A stretch of 64,000 nt of DNA. Source: Eubacteriales bacterium (GTDB taxonomy: Bacteria; Bacillota; Clostridia; Oscillospirales; CAG-272). Under the pieces are notes generated by a model, which saw only the letters and a program-made list of their open reading frames with translations, did no database searches and was not told the origin of the DNA. Made by a program: the position numbers and the translations under genes. The stretch is from contig JAZPYB010000030.1 in the NCBI GenBank assembly GCA_045543955.1, forward strand, positions 961 to 64,960, given 5' to 3'. This document shows, one piece after another, positions 27,117 to 37,742 of the stretch; the stretch's first letter is position 1, and every line of letters begins with the position of its first letter.

Positions 27117-29753
27117 TTAGCGGCGTGGGTTCTTAATAGCAGCTTGCGCAGCAGCAAGTCTTGCAATTGGAACTCTGAATGGTGAGCATGATACATAGCT
27201 TAGACCGATTCTGTGGCAGAACTCAACAGATGTTGGGTCACCACCATGCTCGCCGCAGATACCGATGTGCATATCAGGACGAACTGTCTTACCCATGCCA
27301 ACTGCCATATCCATAAGCTTACCAACACCATTTTGGTCGATTCTTGCGAATGGATCGTTTTCGTAAATCTTGCTCTCATAGTAAGCTGTTAGGAACTTAC
27401 CAGCGTCATCACGGCTGAAGCCGAATGTCATTTGTGTTAGGTCGTTTGTACCGAAGCAGAAGAACTCAGCATCCTTTGCGATTTCGTCAGCTGTCAAGCA
27501 AGCACGTGGAATTTCCATCATTGTACCTACTTCATACTTAAGCTCAACACCTGCATTTGAGATTTCCTCATTAGCAGCTGCAACAACAAGCTTCTTGCAG
27601 AATACAAACTCTTTAGATTCGCCAACAAGTGGAATCATAATTTCTGGAACGAGGTCCCAATCTGGATGATTCTTCTTAACTGCGATAGCCGCACGGATAA
27701 CAGCTCTTGTTTGCATTACTGCAATTTCAGGATATGTTACTGTTAGACGGCATCCACGGTGACCCATCATTGGGTTAAACTCGTGAAGTGAAGCGATGAT
27801 ATTCTTAATATCCTCAACTGTCTTGCCTTGAGCATCAGCAAGTGCAGCGATATCCTCTTCAGTTGTAGGAACGAACTCGTGAAGTGGTGGATCGAGGAAA
27901 CGAATTGTAACAGGGTTACCCTCAAGAGCTTCATAAAGCTTCTCGAAGTCGCTTTGTTGCATTGGAAGAATCTTAGCAAGAGCTGCTTCTCTTTCTTCAA
28001 CTGTGTCAGAGCAAATCATTTCACGGAATGCACCGATTCTTTCTGGCTCGAAGAACATATGCTCTGTACGGCAAAGACCGATACCCTCAGCACCGAATGC
28101 TCTAGCTTGCTTAGCATCCTTAGGTGTATCTGCATTTGTTCTAACCTTTAGTTGTCTGTATTCATCAGCCCAAGCCATAATTGTACCGAACTCGCCACCG
28201 ATAGTAGCAGGAACAGTAGGAATAGCCTCGCCATAGATGTTACCTGTTGAACCGTCAAGTGAGATGTAATCACCCTCAACGTATGTCTTGCCAGCGAGAA
28301 CGAATTTCTTGTTTTCTTCGTCCATCTTAATTTCGCCACAACCAGATACACAGCATGTACCCATACCACGAGCAACAACGGCTGCGTGTGATGTCATACC
28401 GCCACGAACTGTAAGGATACCTTGAGCATAGTGCATACCCTCGATATCTTCTGGAGATGTTTCAAGACGAACAAGGATAACCTTCTCGCCCTTCTTACCC
28501 TCTTCAACTGCATCCTCAGCTGTAAATACAACCTTACCACAAGCAGCTCCAGGAGATGCTGGAAGTGCTGAAGCTACTGGCTTTGCAGCCTTAAGAGCCT
28601 TAGCGTCAAATTGTGGGTGGAGGAGTGCGTCAAGTTGCTTAGGATCGATCATAAGGATAGCTTGCTCCTTAGAAATCATACCCTCGTTAACAAGGTCAAC
28701 AGCAATCTTAAGAGCAGCAGCTGCTGTTCTCTTACCGTTTCTTGTTTGAAGCATATAGAGCTTACCGTGTTCAACAGTAAATTCCATATCTTGCATATCT
28801 CTATAGTGGTTTTCAAGAATACTACAAACCTCTACGAATTGCTTATAAGCCTCTGGGAACTTTTCTTCCATTTGAGCGATTGGCATTGGAGTACGAACAC
28901 CAGCAACAACGTCTTCACCTTGTGCGTTTGTGAGGAACTCACCCATAAGCTTCTTTTCACCTGTAGCTGGGTCACGAGTAAATGCAACGCCAGTACCACA
29001 GTCATCACCCATATTACCGAATGCCATAGCTTGTACGTTTACAGCTGTACCCCATGAATATGGGATTTCGTTTTGCATTCTGTAGTAGTTAGCACGTGGG
29101 TTATCCCATGAACGGAATACTGCCTTAACAGCGCCCATAAGTTGTTCTTTTGGATCAGATGGGAAGTCCTTACCGATCTTTGATTTGTACTCAGCCTTGA
29201 ATTGGTTAGCGAGTTCCTTTAAGTCTTCAGCCTTAAGCTCAACGTCAAGAGTAACTCCCTTTTCTTCCTTCATTTTGTCGATAAGCTCTTCAAAGTACTT
29301 CTTACCAACCTCCATAACAACGTCGGAGAACATTTGGATAAATCTTCTGTAGCAGTCCCAAGCCCAACGAGCATTACCGGACTTCTCAGCGATTACGTTA
29401 ACAACCTCTTCGTTAAGACCGAGGTTAAGGATTGTGTCCATCATACCAGGCATTGATGCACGAGCACCTGAACGAACGGAAACGAGGAGTGGGTTTTCCT
29501 TGTCGCCAAACTTCTTACCTGTGATTTCTTCCATCTTTGCGATGTATTCCATAATTTGTGCTTGGATTTCATCGTTGATTTGTCTGCCGTCCTCGTAGTA
29601 TTGTGTACAAGCCTCTGTTGAAATTGTAAAGCCTTGTGGAACTGGAAGTCCAATGCTTGTCATTTCAGCAAGGTTAGCACCCTTACCACCGAGAATCTCT
29701 CTCATCTTTGCGTTACCTTCAGAGAAAAGGTAAACATACTTCTTTGTACTCAT
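27117..29753 (-). CDS. ppdK: Pyruvate, phosphate dikinase
   Basis: 878 aa with the phosphohistidine loop GGMTSHAAVVARG and the PEP-utilising C-terminal motif ICGEHGGDP. Confidence 0.97.
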   Translation of the reverse strand: MSTKKYVYLFSEGNAKMREILGGKGANLAEMTSIGLPVPQGFTISTEACTQYYEDGRQINDEIQAQIMEYIAKMEEITGKKFGDKENPLLVSVRSGARASMPGMMDTILNLGLNEEVVNVIAEKSGNARWAWDCYRRFIQMFSDVVMEVGKKYFEELIDKMKEEKGVTLDVELKAEDLKELANQFKAEYKSKIGKDFPSDPKEQLMGAVKAVFRSWDNPRANYYRMQNEIPYSWGTAVNVQAMAFGNMGDDCGTGVAFTRDPATGEKKLMGEFLTNAQGEDVVAGVRTPMPIAQMEEKFPEAYKQFVEVCSILENHYRDMQDMEFTVEHGKLYMLQTRNGKRTAAAALKIAVDLVNEGMISKEQAILMIDPKQLDALLHPQFDAKALKAAKPVASALPASPGAACGKVVFTAEDAVEEGKKGEKVILVRLETSPEDIEGMHYAQGILTVRGGMTSHAAVVARGMGTCCVSGCGEIKMDEENKKFVLAGKTYVEGDYISLDGSTGNIYGEAIPTVPATIGGEFGTIMAWADEYRQLKVRTNADTPKDAKQARAFGAEGIGLCRTEHMFFEPERIGAFREMICSDTVEEREAALAKILPMQQSDFEKLYEALEGNPVTIRFLDPPLHEFVPTTEEDIAALADAQGKTVEDIKNIIASLHEFNPMMGHRGCRLTVTYPEIAVMQTRAVIRAAIAVKKNHPDWDLVPEIMIPLVGESKEFVFCKKLVVAAANEEISNAGVELKYEVGTMMEIPRACLTADEIAKDAEFFCFGTNDLTQMTFGFSRDDAGKFLTAYYESKIYENDPFARIDQNGVGKLMDMAVGMGKTVRPDMHIGICGEHGGDPTSVEFCHRIGLSYVSCSPFRVPIARLAAAQAAIKNPRR

Positions 29754-29983
29754 TTAAGGTACCTCCATAAATAATTTGACTAACTAAATTTGATGTCGCG
29801 GCCTTAAATTTGCAAAAAAAATTTACAAATTATTTATACGCGCACATTGGTATTATAGCATAATAATTTTAAAAATGGAATATTTTTTTAAAATTTTTTT
29901 ATCTTTATCATATTTTTTATATTTTTTAGTATAATTACTAAATTAGCATTCTCTTTTTTGTGTATATTTTACATAGTAATATT

Positions 29984-30014
29984 AAAAATGGGCAAGCTTT
30001 TGCCTGCCCGTTTT
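29984..30014 (-). terminator. Terminator downstream of 30024..31145
   Basis: Imperfect stem GGGCAAGC / GCCTGCCC with flanking A and T runs. Confidence 0.6.
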
Positions 30015-30023
30015 AATTTTTAT

Positions 30024-31145
30024 TTATTTTCTGGATCTTTTGCTTTCTCTTGTTTCTTCTTCGTCGAAGTCGTCATTTTCATCTTTTCCCACCCTAATCA
30101 TCATTATTACAACAACTGCAACAACAACTAAAATAGCAAAAATAATTAGAAGTATCCATATCCAGCCATAAGGCTGACCCTCATCACATGTAACTACAAA
30201 TTTAGCAATTCTTTCTGTTTCAAAGGTTGCGTAGCCGCCTTCCTTTTCAACACCCATCTCTGTTATTGAGCCGTCGTCCTTCAAAAGATAAACATTTACG
30301 TCCTTTCTTTTTAGCTCGTCAGGAATTAAAAGCTTAACTGTCACATTTTCACCAAGAGGGTATGTTATTTCATTTATCATAAGCTTAACCGAATAAGCAG
30401 AAACGATTTTTTCGTCATCGCCGAGCACCTCGAGAAGCTTTTCGTTTTTGTCAACGCTTACGCTTTCAAGCGCTAGTTCAGTAATTCTTGGGTCAAGTCC
30501 GTTTTCAGATGTAATAATCGCTGTGTCCTTCTTGTCATCTTCATTCAGCTTTGCTGAAATTGAAGCCTTTCTTATAACGAGAAGCGCAAACATATTAGGA
30601 ATTTGTGTGTAATTTTCATTACCACCAACAAACGAAGCAATTACTTGATAACTTCCAACCTTTGTGTGCTTGTTCGGAGAATATGTAACGGAAATGCCCT
30701 CGGGTAAATCTCCGCTGATTTCCAAGGTATGCTCTTTTCCATCCTCAACCACGAATTTGTTTTGGAACTTCACACCCTTCATATCATATATTTCGTAATA
30801 TGGCGCTTTTTCGATAGTAAAGGTATATTCAAGGTTTTCTGTTGTTCCGTCGGACCAAACACAGCCATCCTTTAAAGCAACGACTATTTTATAAGTTCCT
30901 GCGTTGATTTTTTTAGTATTATTACTAATCGTATAGTAATCGCTAGTCGCTATCTTATACGACTGCTGTTGACCATTATAAACGTATTTTGTATCGTCCT
31001 TTTTTGGTATTTCAACAACGATGGGTTCATCGGCCTCAGCAGCATTGGCAGAGCTTGCCATAAAAAGTGCAAAGGTGGCTATAAGGCACGTAACAAAGGC
31101 TAGTGCCAAAAGAGCTTTTAAAAGACTTTTTCTAGTTCTTATCAT
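30024..31145 (-). CDS. Cell-surface protein with Ig-like (MBG-like) repeats, N-terminal signal and C-terminal TM anchor
   Basis: 373 aa with a signal peptide. The motif YVYNGQQQSYKIATSDYYTISNNTKKINAGTYKIVVALKDGCVWSDGTTENLEYTFTIEKA is typical of MBG/Ig-like surface repeats. The C-terminus has a TM helix followed by a charged tail. Confidence 0.55.
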   Translation of the reverse strand: MIRTRKSLLKALLALAFVTCLIATFALFMASSANAAEADEPIVVEIPKKDDTKYVYNGQQQSYKIATSDYYTISNNTKKINAGTYKIVVALKDGCVWSDGTTENLEYTFTIEKAPYYEIYDMKGVKFQNKFVVEDGKEHTLEISGDLPEGISVTYSPNKHTKVGSYQVIASFVGGNENYTQIPNMFALLVIRKASISAKLNEDDKKDTAIITSENGLDPRITELALESVSVDKNEKLLEVLGDDEKIVSAYSVKLMINEITYPLGENVTVKLLIPDELKRKDVNVYLLKDDGSITEMGVEKEGGYATFETERIAKFVVTCDEGQPYGWIWILLIIFAILVVVAVVVIMMIRVGKDENDDFDEEETRESKRSRK

Positions 31146-31156
31146 ATTTTTACCTC

Positions 31157-33418
31157 TTATTTTTTTCTTTTTCTATAAACGTCGCGTGTGCGATTTTTAC
31201 GATGGCCTTTAGTCCTTCGAGCCTTGACCCTTGGCAACACCTTTGCCTCTATTGCGGGCTTGTCCTCGGTGTCCTCGGTGTCCTCGATTTTCTTTTCCCT
31301 AACCAGCTCAAAATTCACTTGTCTTAGAGCAATATCGACTGTGTCAACCCTAATTTTCACATTCATACCCAAGCGATAGCTTGTCTTTCCACGCGACAAT
31401 GTGTAGTTTTCCTTGTCGTAGTAAAAGCCACCACCAAGAGAGTCAATGGGAACAAGCCCCTCGCATAAATTCTCTGTTTTTGCAAAGAAGCCGAACGAGG
31501 TAACCGAGCAAATAACCGCGTCATATTCCTCGTCGATGTGGTCAGCCATATAAACACATTTATAAAGCTCGTCAATATCCCTCTCTGCATGAACCGCCTT
31601 AATTTCGTTTTCGCTCGACATTTCTGCCGATAATGTGGCAAATTTCTCATATTTTTCTATGGTTTTTTCTGAAATTTCGCCCCTTAAAAACGATTTCAAA
31701 ATACGATGAACAGAAAGGTCTGGGTATCTTCTTATTGGAGATGTAAAATGACAATAAAATTCAGTATTCAAGCCGAAGTGCGACTTTTGAACAGACGAAT
31801 ATTTCGCCTTCATAAGTGAGCGAAGAAGGATGCTTGATACAATTGAAAAATAGCCCTTGTCCTTTGAGCCTTCAAGGATTTTTGAAAGCTGCATAGGAGT
31901 TATTGTGTTTTTTGCATTTAGTGGGCTTGTGTCAACCCCTAAATTTCTTGCAAAAAGTGAAAAGGCGTTTATTTTTTCTCTATCAGGCTCATCGTGTACA
32001 CGATATACACAGGGGATGCCCGCGTTATACATATAAGTAGCAACGCCCTCATTTGCAGTTAACATAAATTGCTCGATAAGTCTTTCACTCTCTCCGCGCT
32101 CACGTTTAACTATCTCTATTGGATGCCCCTCACTATTAAGCAGGATTTTTGACTCCTCACTCTCTAATTCCATAGCACCCTTTTGCTCGCTTTTCGCCTT
32201 CAATATTTTATAAAGTTCCATCATTTGATTGAAGGTATCAATGACGTTAGCATATTTTTGATAAAATTCGCTGTTTTCTCCATTTTCCAAAATATCGTTA
32301 AGCTCGGCATATACGCCACGCATTTTGGAATTTATAACGGTTTCCTTTATCTCAGTTTGTAAAATTGTTCCGCTTTTGTCAAGTGTCACAAAAGCAGAAA
32401 GAGTTAGCCTGTCCTCGCCCCCATTTAGCGAGCATATTCCGTTTGACAAGGCTTTTGGTAGCATTGGCACAACCTTATCGGTAAAGTAAACGCTTGTGCC
32501 CCTCTCTATTGCTTCCTTATCAATTGACGAGCCTGGGCGAACATAGTGAGAAACATCTGCAATATGAACGCCTAAAACATATCCCTCATCGGTAACGCGT
32601 AAGGAAATTGCATCGTCTAGGTCCTTAGCATCAGCGGAGTCTATTGTAAAGATTATTTCGTCTCTTAAATCAAGTCTGCCAGTGATATCAAATTTTTCCT
32701 CACTCACCATTTGAGCTTCGTCAAGCACTCTTTCGGGGAAGGTAACGCCAATTCCGTTAGCATAAAGAATTGCTTTGTAGTTACCCTCTAAGGAATCCGC
32801 CTTGCCGAGCACCTCTTCTATTGTGCCATTGGCAAAGTCGTCCTCATTTTTAGGGTAAGAATTAATTTTACAAACAACCTTGTCGCCGTCCTTCGCATCA
32901 TATAACGATTTGTATGGCACCTTGACCTTGAAGCGAATTCGTTCATTATCCGGTGTGACATAAGCAATAGGGCGTCTGCCGTTTGAGTAAATCGTTAATG
33001 TGCCAACGACAGCCTTTATTCCATATTCTATTATTTCGACAATTTCAGCCTCATTTCCCTTGCCGTAATACTTAGATAAAGAATCTATCTTTTTTATTAC
33101 AACTCGGTCGCCGTGATATGCACCGCTTGTAAATTTAGGTGGAATAAAATATTCGCCATCATCGGTAATAACAAAGCCGAAGCCCCCCTTAGATGACGCG
33201 GAAAACTCGCCCTTTAGATAGCCCATCTCCTTTGGAGATGCGATTTTGCCCTTTTTGGTAAATTGAATATCGTAGTCAAGCTCAAGCGAAGAAAGCGCGC
33301 GCCAAAAGTCCCCCTCATCTATTTCATATTCGGAAAAGCCTGAAAGCATTTCATGTGGCAAAAGTGGGGTGTAGCCTTGTGAATTAACAGTATTTAAAAT
33401 TAGCTCCTTAATATCCAT
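31157..33418 (-). CDS. rnr: Ribonuclease R
   Basis: 753 aa with an RNB domain (DSADAKDLDDAIS), a C-terminal S1 domain and a basic tail. The tail region contains an EDT-encoding 9-bp triple repeat. Confidence 0.93.
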   Translation of the reverse strand: MDIKELILNTVNSQGYTPLLPHEMLSGFSEYEIDEGDFWRALSSLELDYDIQFTKKGKIASPKEMGYLKGEFSASSKGGFGFVITDDGEYFIPPKFTSGAYHGDRVVIKKIDSLSKYYGKGNEAEIVEIIEYGIKAVVGTLTIYSNGRRPIAYVTPDNERIRFKVKVPYKSLYDAKDGDKVVCKINSYPKNEDDFANGTIEEVLGKADSLEGNYKAILYANGIGVTFPERVLDEAQMVSEEKFDITGRLDLRDEIIFTIDSADAKDLDDAISLRVTDEGYVLGVHIADVSHYVRPGSSIDKEAIERGTSVYFTDKVVPMLPKALSNGICSLNGGEDRLTLSAFVTLDKSGTILQTEIKETVINSKMRGVYAELNDILENGENSEFYQKYANVIDTFNQMMELYKILKAKSEQKGAMELESEESKILLNSEGHPIEIVKRERGESERLIEQFMLTANEGVATYMYNAGIPCVYRVHDEPDREKINAFSLFARNLGVDTSPLNAKNTITPMQLSKILEGSKDKGYFSIVSSILLRSLMKAKYSSVQKSHFGLNTEFYCHFTSPIRRYPDLSVHRILKSFLRGEISEKTIEKYEKFATLSAEMSSENEIKAVHAERDIDELYKCVYMADHIDEEYDAVICSVTSFGFFAKTENLCEGLVPIDSLGGGFYYDKENYTLSRGKTSYRLGMNVKIRVDTVDIALRQVNFELVREKKIEDTEDTEDKPAIEAKVLPRVKARRTKGHRKNRTRDVYRKRKK

Positions 33419-33475
33419 TCAATTCCCTCCCTTGCTTTATTGTGCTCGAATTTCAACCACATAATTATTAATTGG

Positions 33476-33514
33476 CAAAAAACCGCCTTGGACTATTATT
33501 CCAAAGCGGTTTCT
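33476..33514 (-). terminator. secG terminator
   Basis: Stem AAACCGCTTTGG / CCAAGGCGGTTT (one mismatch) followed by a T-run on the minus strand. Confidence 0.7.
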
Positions 33515-33541
33515 ATTTCGGTTTTTATTTGCTAGCTTAAA

Positions 33542-33844
33542 TTAAGCTAAGCCCCATTTCTTCAAAAGCTCCTCGATAGATAGGTTTGCAGAGTTTGCTT
33601 GAAGTGCGTAAACAACAACTGACAAAACTACAAAAGCAACAGCGATTACAATTGTTGCAACCAAAAGCTTTTTCTCAATAGATTTGCCCTTGTTCTTGCC
33701 ATAGAATGTTTCTGAGCCACCTGCAATAGTACCTGATAAGCCCTTTGATGAATTGCTTTGGATAAGTACGATAACTACTAAAGCGATAGCGCCGATAAGC
33801 AAAACAATCGCTGAAAGAAGTCTAAATATTTCTGGTCCTGACAT
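33542..33844 (-). CDS. secG: Preprotein translocase subunit SecG
   Basis: MSGPEIFRLLSAIVLLIGAIALVVIVLIQSNSSKGLSG... with two TM helices. ATG 33844 has a GAGGAGG RBS and is preferred over the track start. Confidence 0.8.
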   Translation of the reverse strand: MSGPEIFRLLSAIVLLIGAIALVVIVLIQSNSSKGLSGTIAGGSETFYGKNKGKSIEKKLLVATIVIAVAFVVLSVVVYALQANSANLSIEELLKKWGLA

Positions 33845-33994
33845 AAAATCCTCCTCTATTTGTGCCAAAATAAGCATTTGCACAAATTTTTAAATAATTG
33901 TTATATTCATAAGCGAATGCCATTATAACACAAACATTTTGAAAAATCAATACAAAATCTAAAAATTTTTAAAATTGTTTTCTTTATTTGCCAC

Positions 33995-34432
33995 TTAATT
34001 GTGGGAATGAGGACATTTTTCATTAACCTCTTTTATCTTTGTACAGTTAGCGCATCTACCATAAATTACCGTTTTGCCAGAGCTAATAACAAATGAATGC
34101 TCGTCATAAATATGCTTTTCCATTTTGTCAAGAAAATCACAGCTTAAATGAATCAGCTCGCCACATTCAATGCATTTTAGATGAAAATGGCTTTGGCACG
34201 AGAGCTCGCCCGTGTATTGATAGCACGCGCCTTGCCCGTCGCCTATTGTCATTTTTTTGACTATTCCCTCTTTTTCAAATTTTTCAAGAGTCCTATAAAC
34301 GGTTGCCACTGAAACATTCAAGCCCTTGTTTTTTAGGTAATTTAAAATATCTTTAGCGGTTATGTGAGTGGAGCTTTCCTTCAAAAGCTCCAAAATCACA
34401 ATGCGTTGCTTTGTGGAATACTCCTGCTTCAT
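33995..34432 (-). CDS. Fur-family metalloregulator (Zur/PerR-like)
   Basis: Winged HTH (QRIVILELLKES..HITAKDILNYL) and CxxC pairs (CIECG..., CANC). The likely start, ATG 34432, overlaps the glyA stop codon (TAATG). Confidence 0.8.
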   Translation of the reverse strand: MKQEYSTKQRIVILELLKESSTHITAKDILNYLKNKGLNVSVATVYRTLEKFEKEGIVKKMTIGDGQGACYQYTGELSCQSHFHLKCIECGELIHLSCDFLDKMEKHIYDEHSFVISSGKTVIYGRCANCTKIKEVNEKCPHSHN

Positions 34433-35673
34433 TATTCGTAAATTGGATACTTTTCGCAAATTTTTGTTACTTCCGCACGGATGTAATCAGCCTTTTCCTC
34501 AAATTCAGTAGCGCAAAGCTTGATTAGCTTGCCAAGCTTAACCATATCCTCTTCAACCAAGCCACGTGAGGTAACTGCCGGAGTACCGATTCTTACACCA
34601 CTTGTAACAAATGGCTTTTCTGGGTCATTAGGAATTGCATTTTTGTTAACTGTGATATAACACTCGTCAAGACGCTTTTCAAGCTCCTTACCGGTAATCT
34701 TGAATGGACGAAGGTCAAGAAGCATAAGGTGGTTGTCTGTTCCGCCTGAAACGAGGTCAAAGCCCTCAGCCAATAGTGTATCAGCTAGTACCTTTGCGTT
34801 TTTAACAATTTGCTCTTGATATGCTTTGAATTCTGGCTTTAGCGCCTCGCCAAAGCAAACCGCCTTTGATGTGATTGTATGCATAAGAGGTCCACCCTGT
34901 GTGCCTGGGAAGATTGCCTTGTCAATTGCCTTAGCATATTCCTCGCGACAAAGAATAAGTCCACCACGAGGGCCTCTTAATGTTTTATGAGTTGTTGTTG
35001 TAACGATATCTGCATATGGAACAGGAGATGGATGAAGTCCTGCCGCAACCAAGCCTGCAATGTGAGCCATATCAACCATAAAGATAGCGCCAACCTCTTT
35101 TGCGATTTTAGAAATTCTTTCAAAATCGATAACTCTTGGGTAAGCAGATGCACCAGCAACAATGAGCTTTGGATTTGCTTCCTTTGCTATTCTTTCAAGC
35201 TCTTCGTAGTCAATAAAGCCGTCGTCATTAACTCCATAAGGAACAAAATTAAAGTATGAGCCTGACATATTAACAGGGCTACCGTGTGTTAGGTGTCCAC
35301 CATGAGCTAGATTCATACCAAGAACAGTATCGCCCGGCTTCAATAATGCAAAATATACGGCTGTGTTTGCTTGTGCTCCACTGTGAGGTTGAACATTTGC
35401 GTGGTCTGCACCAAACAATTTACATGCGCGCTCAATAGCGATTTTCTCAACCACGTCAACGCATTCGCATCCACCATAATATCTCTTATCTGGATATCCC
35501 TCCGCATATTTGTTTGTAAGAGGTGTACCCATTGCTATCATAACAGCCTCTGAAACTAGGTTTTCCGAGGCGATAAGCTCAAGTCCGCGTCTTTGTCTTT
35601 TCAGCTCGGCACTAACTGCATCAGCAACGTCCTTATCATATGTACCAAGCTTTTCAATAATCTCATTTACCAT
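34432..35673 (-). CDS. glyA: Serine hydroxymethyltransferase
   Basis: PLP site [15 protein letters not shown] prefer ATG 35673 after a GGAGG RBS; the track start at 35685 is a TTG. Confidence 0.95.
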   Translation of the reverse strand: MVNEIIEKLGTYDKDVADAVSAELKRQRRGLELIASENLVSEAVMIAMGTPLTNKYAEGYPDKRYYGGCECVDVVEKIAIERACKLFGADHANVQPHSGAQANTAVYFALLKPGDTVLGMNLAHGGHLTHGSPVNMSGSYFNFVPYGVNDDGFIDYEELERIAKEANPKLIVAGASAYPRVIDFERISKIAKEVGAIFMVDMAHIAGLVAAGLHPSPVPYADIVTTTTHKTLRGPRGGLILCREEYAKAIDKAIFPGTQGGPLMHTITSKAVCFGEALKPEFKAYQEQIVKNAKVLADTLLAEGFDLVSGGTDNHLMLLDLRPFKITGKELEKRLDECYITVNKNAIPNDPEKPFVTSGVRIGTPAVTSRGLVEEDMVKLGKLIKLCATEFEEKADYIRAEVTKICEKYPIYE

Positions 35674-35872
35674 AATGGCCTCCAAGGGTTAAAAATTTAT
35701 AAGATAATTATACATTAAAACATCTATAAAATCAATACAAATTTTCAACACTTTTTTCATTTTCGACACTCCCCTTGCCTATTTTTTTCGCTTTTTCACA
35801 CGAGAAAGCCTAAAAAGTGCCACAGAGTGTATGATTTTTTCAAAAAAAGGCAAAAAAATATTGGCAAAATTA

Positions 35873-35901
35873 TTGACAAAGAAAATTTACTAATGTATAA
35901 T
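35873..35901 (+). promoter_or_regulatory. Promoter of 35941..37566
   Basis: -35 TTGACA (35873..35878), a 17-nt spacer, -10 TATAAT (35896..35901). Confidence 0.7.
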
Positions 35902-35940
35902 TAAATTATCAATTATATTTATATTACGGAGGTTTTTTAA

Positions 35941-37566
35941 ATGGAATTTGTAAACACAATTCTATTTGGCGCTGGATTTGACATTTATAACATCAGCGTC
36001 GTTGGTTGCGCCATCGTTGCAGGAATCTGCATTCTCTGTGCTATTGTCGCTGCCATCATTCGTTGCCAAGTCGTTTACGTAGACCCTGAAGGAGACTACG
36101 AAATTGGCTTCGAGAAAAAATCATGGCTTTCAAAGGTAGTTGTTCGTCCAGCTACAAAAGAGGGCAAGGTTTTCATTGGTTGGAGTCTCGATGCTGAGGG
36201 TACAAACCTCATTTCAGAGCCTGAATTCTTACTCACTCACACAGTAGTTCTTTATGCTGTTTGGGCTGACGAAGAGGATGTTGCTAATGCAAAGAGCAAG
36301 GCTGAGGGTGTGTTCGTTCAATTCAACTATATGGATTCCAATTACGAAGACATTATCAAAACTAATAGCACAAGATTCAATTGTGTTTTACCAGAAAACC
36401 AAGACATTCCAGTTAAGGTTGACGGATGGTGCTTTGAGAAGGGTGGATATACTGTTCTTGAGGGCGAGGATGTAAGTGCTGTATTTGCAATCAACCTATA
36501 CCCTATCTTCGACCAAGATGCTAAGCCAACCTACAAAAAGCTTAACACCAGCGCTGTTGTTGAGCTTCTCTTCCTTGATGCTGATACAGACAAGTATATT
36601 TACAAGGAATCCCATTACGTTACCATAGCTCCACCAGAAAACTACTCCGACGACCAAACATTTGTTGGTTGGGGTGTTGAGCCAAATGGCGAGGCTATTA
36701 TCGAAAAGAATGCTGTTGACTCCGTATTTACAATCCAACTCTACTCCGTTGGCAAGGCTAAAGAGGAAGCTGCTGAAGAGGTTGCTGCTGAAACAGTTGC
36801 TCCAGTAGTTGAAGAGGTTATCGAAGAGGTAGCTGAAGACGTAGCTGAAGCTGAAGAGCTTGTAGTTGAATATATTCAAGAAGAAATTATCGAAGAGCCA
36901 ATGCCAAAGGTTGAAGAGGTAGTTTCAAGTGAGCCTGATGTTGAAATCGTTGACGATGCTCCAGTTGAAGAAACTGTTGTTGAGGAGGTTGGCGAGGTTG
37001 TTCCTACCATCATTCCTACATACTTCGACAACGAAGGCAACAAGATTGAAATTAAGTATAGCCGTAGCTTTACTGCTAACCTAATTCAAAGTGACGAAAC
37101 TGTTAAAGATTATTACAGCCAGCTAAAGAACCACATTCTTTCATACAAGGGCGTTAAAACAAAGATTAGCTGGAAGTTTGATAGCTATAACAGAGGTAGA
37201 GATCAGCTCTTCAAGATTAAGCTCCGCGGTAAGACAATTTGTGTTTACTGCGCACTTGACCCAGAAGAATTTGATAAGTCAAAATATCACCACGATGCTA
37301 TCGATGCTAAGATATTTGCAGACGTTCCTATGCTCCTCAAGATTAAGAGCGGTCTTGGACTCCGTAAGGCGAAGGAAATTGTTGATATCGTAATGGCTAA
37401 GTTTGGTATTGAGCCAGATCCAAAGGCTAAAAATGTTGACTATGTAGCTGAATATCCATATGCAGAAACTGAAGACCTCCTTAGCCGTAAGCTTGTTAAG
37501 GCGCTCGAGGCTGATAGCTCAGTTATCGTTAAGTCTTCAAAGGCCAAGGATGACGACGAAGAATAA
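35941..37566 (+). CDS. Membrane-anchored surface protein with Listeria-Bacteroides (Flg_new-like) repeats, an acidic E/V/A linker and an uncharacterised C-terminal domain
   Basis: 541 aa with an N-terminal TM helix. The motifs GWSLDAEGTNLISEPEFLLTHTVVLYAVW and FVGWGVEPNGEAI resemble the Flg_new repeat. Low-complexity sequence spans 36757..36980. Confidence 0.5.
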   Translation: MEFVNTILFGAGFDIYNISVVGCAIVAGICILCAIVAAIIRCQVVYVDPEGDYEIGFEKKSWLSKVVVRPATKEGKVFIGWSLDAEGTNLISEPEFLLTHTVVLYAVWADEEDVANAKSKAEGVFVQFNYMDSNYEDIIKTNSTRFNCVLPENQDIPVKVDGWCFEKGGYTVLEGEDVSAVFAINLYPIFDQDAKPTYKKLNTSAVVELLFLDADTDKYIYKESHYVTIAPPENYSDDQTFVGWGVEPNGEAIIEKNAVDSVFTIQLYSVGKAKEEAAEEVAAETVAPVVEEVIEEVAEDVAEAEELVVEYIQEEIIEEPMPKVEEVVSSEPDVEIVDDAPVEETVVEEVGEVVPTIIPTYFDNEGNKIEIKYSRSFTANLIQSDETVKDYYSQLKNHILSYKGVKTKISWKFDSYNRGRDQLFKIKLRGKTICVYCALDPEEFDKSKYHHDAIDAKIFADVPMLLKIKSGLGLRKAKEIVDIVMAKFGIEPDPKAKNVDYVAEYPYAETEDLLSRKLVKALEADSSVIVKSSKAKDDDEE

Positions 37567-37570
37567 TTAC

Positions 37571-37600
37571 AAAAGCAGGGATTAATTCCCTGCTTTTTTC
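37571..37600 (+). terminator. Terminator of 35941..37566
   Basis: Stem AAAAGCAGGGA / TCCCTGCTTTT. Confidence 0.8.
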
Positions 37601-37692
37601 TGGGATATATAGGGCGAGCAGATTAAGGCATAACCACAGCAAAATCAAGGGTACGTCATTTAATGGCGCACCCTTTTTCTTTTTATATTGCT

Positions 37693-37742
37693 TTTATTTA
37701 ATTCCTTGTCTGTTTTTGGTCTGTGCCATCCAAAATAGCCCA
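37693..37742 (-). repeat. Displaced, decayed duplicate of the 3' end of the GH78-like gene 37908..39851
   Basis: 37693..37729 is identical to 37903..37939 (TTTATTTAATTCCTTGTCTGTTTTTGGTCTGTGCCAT). The next 12-13 bp are similar but carry an indel that breaks the frame. Confidence 0.85.
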
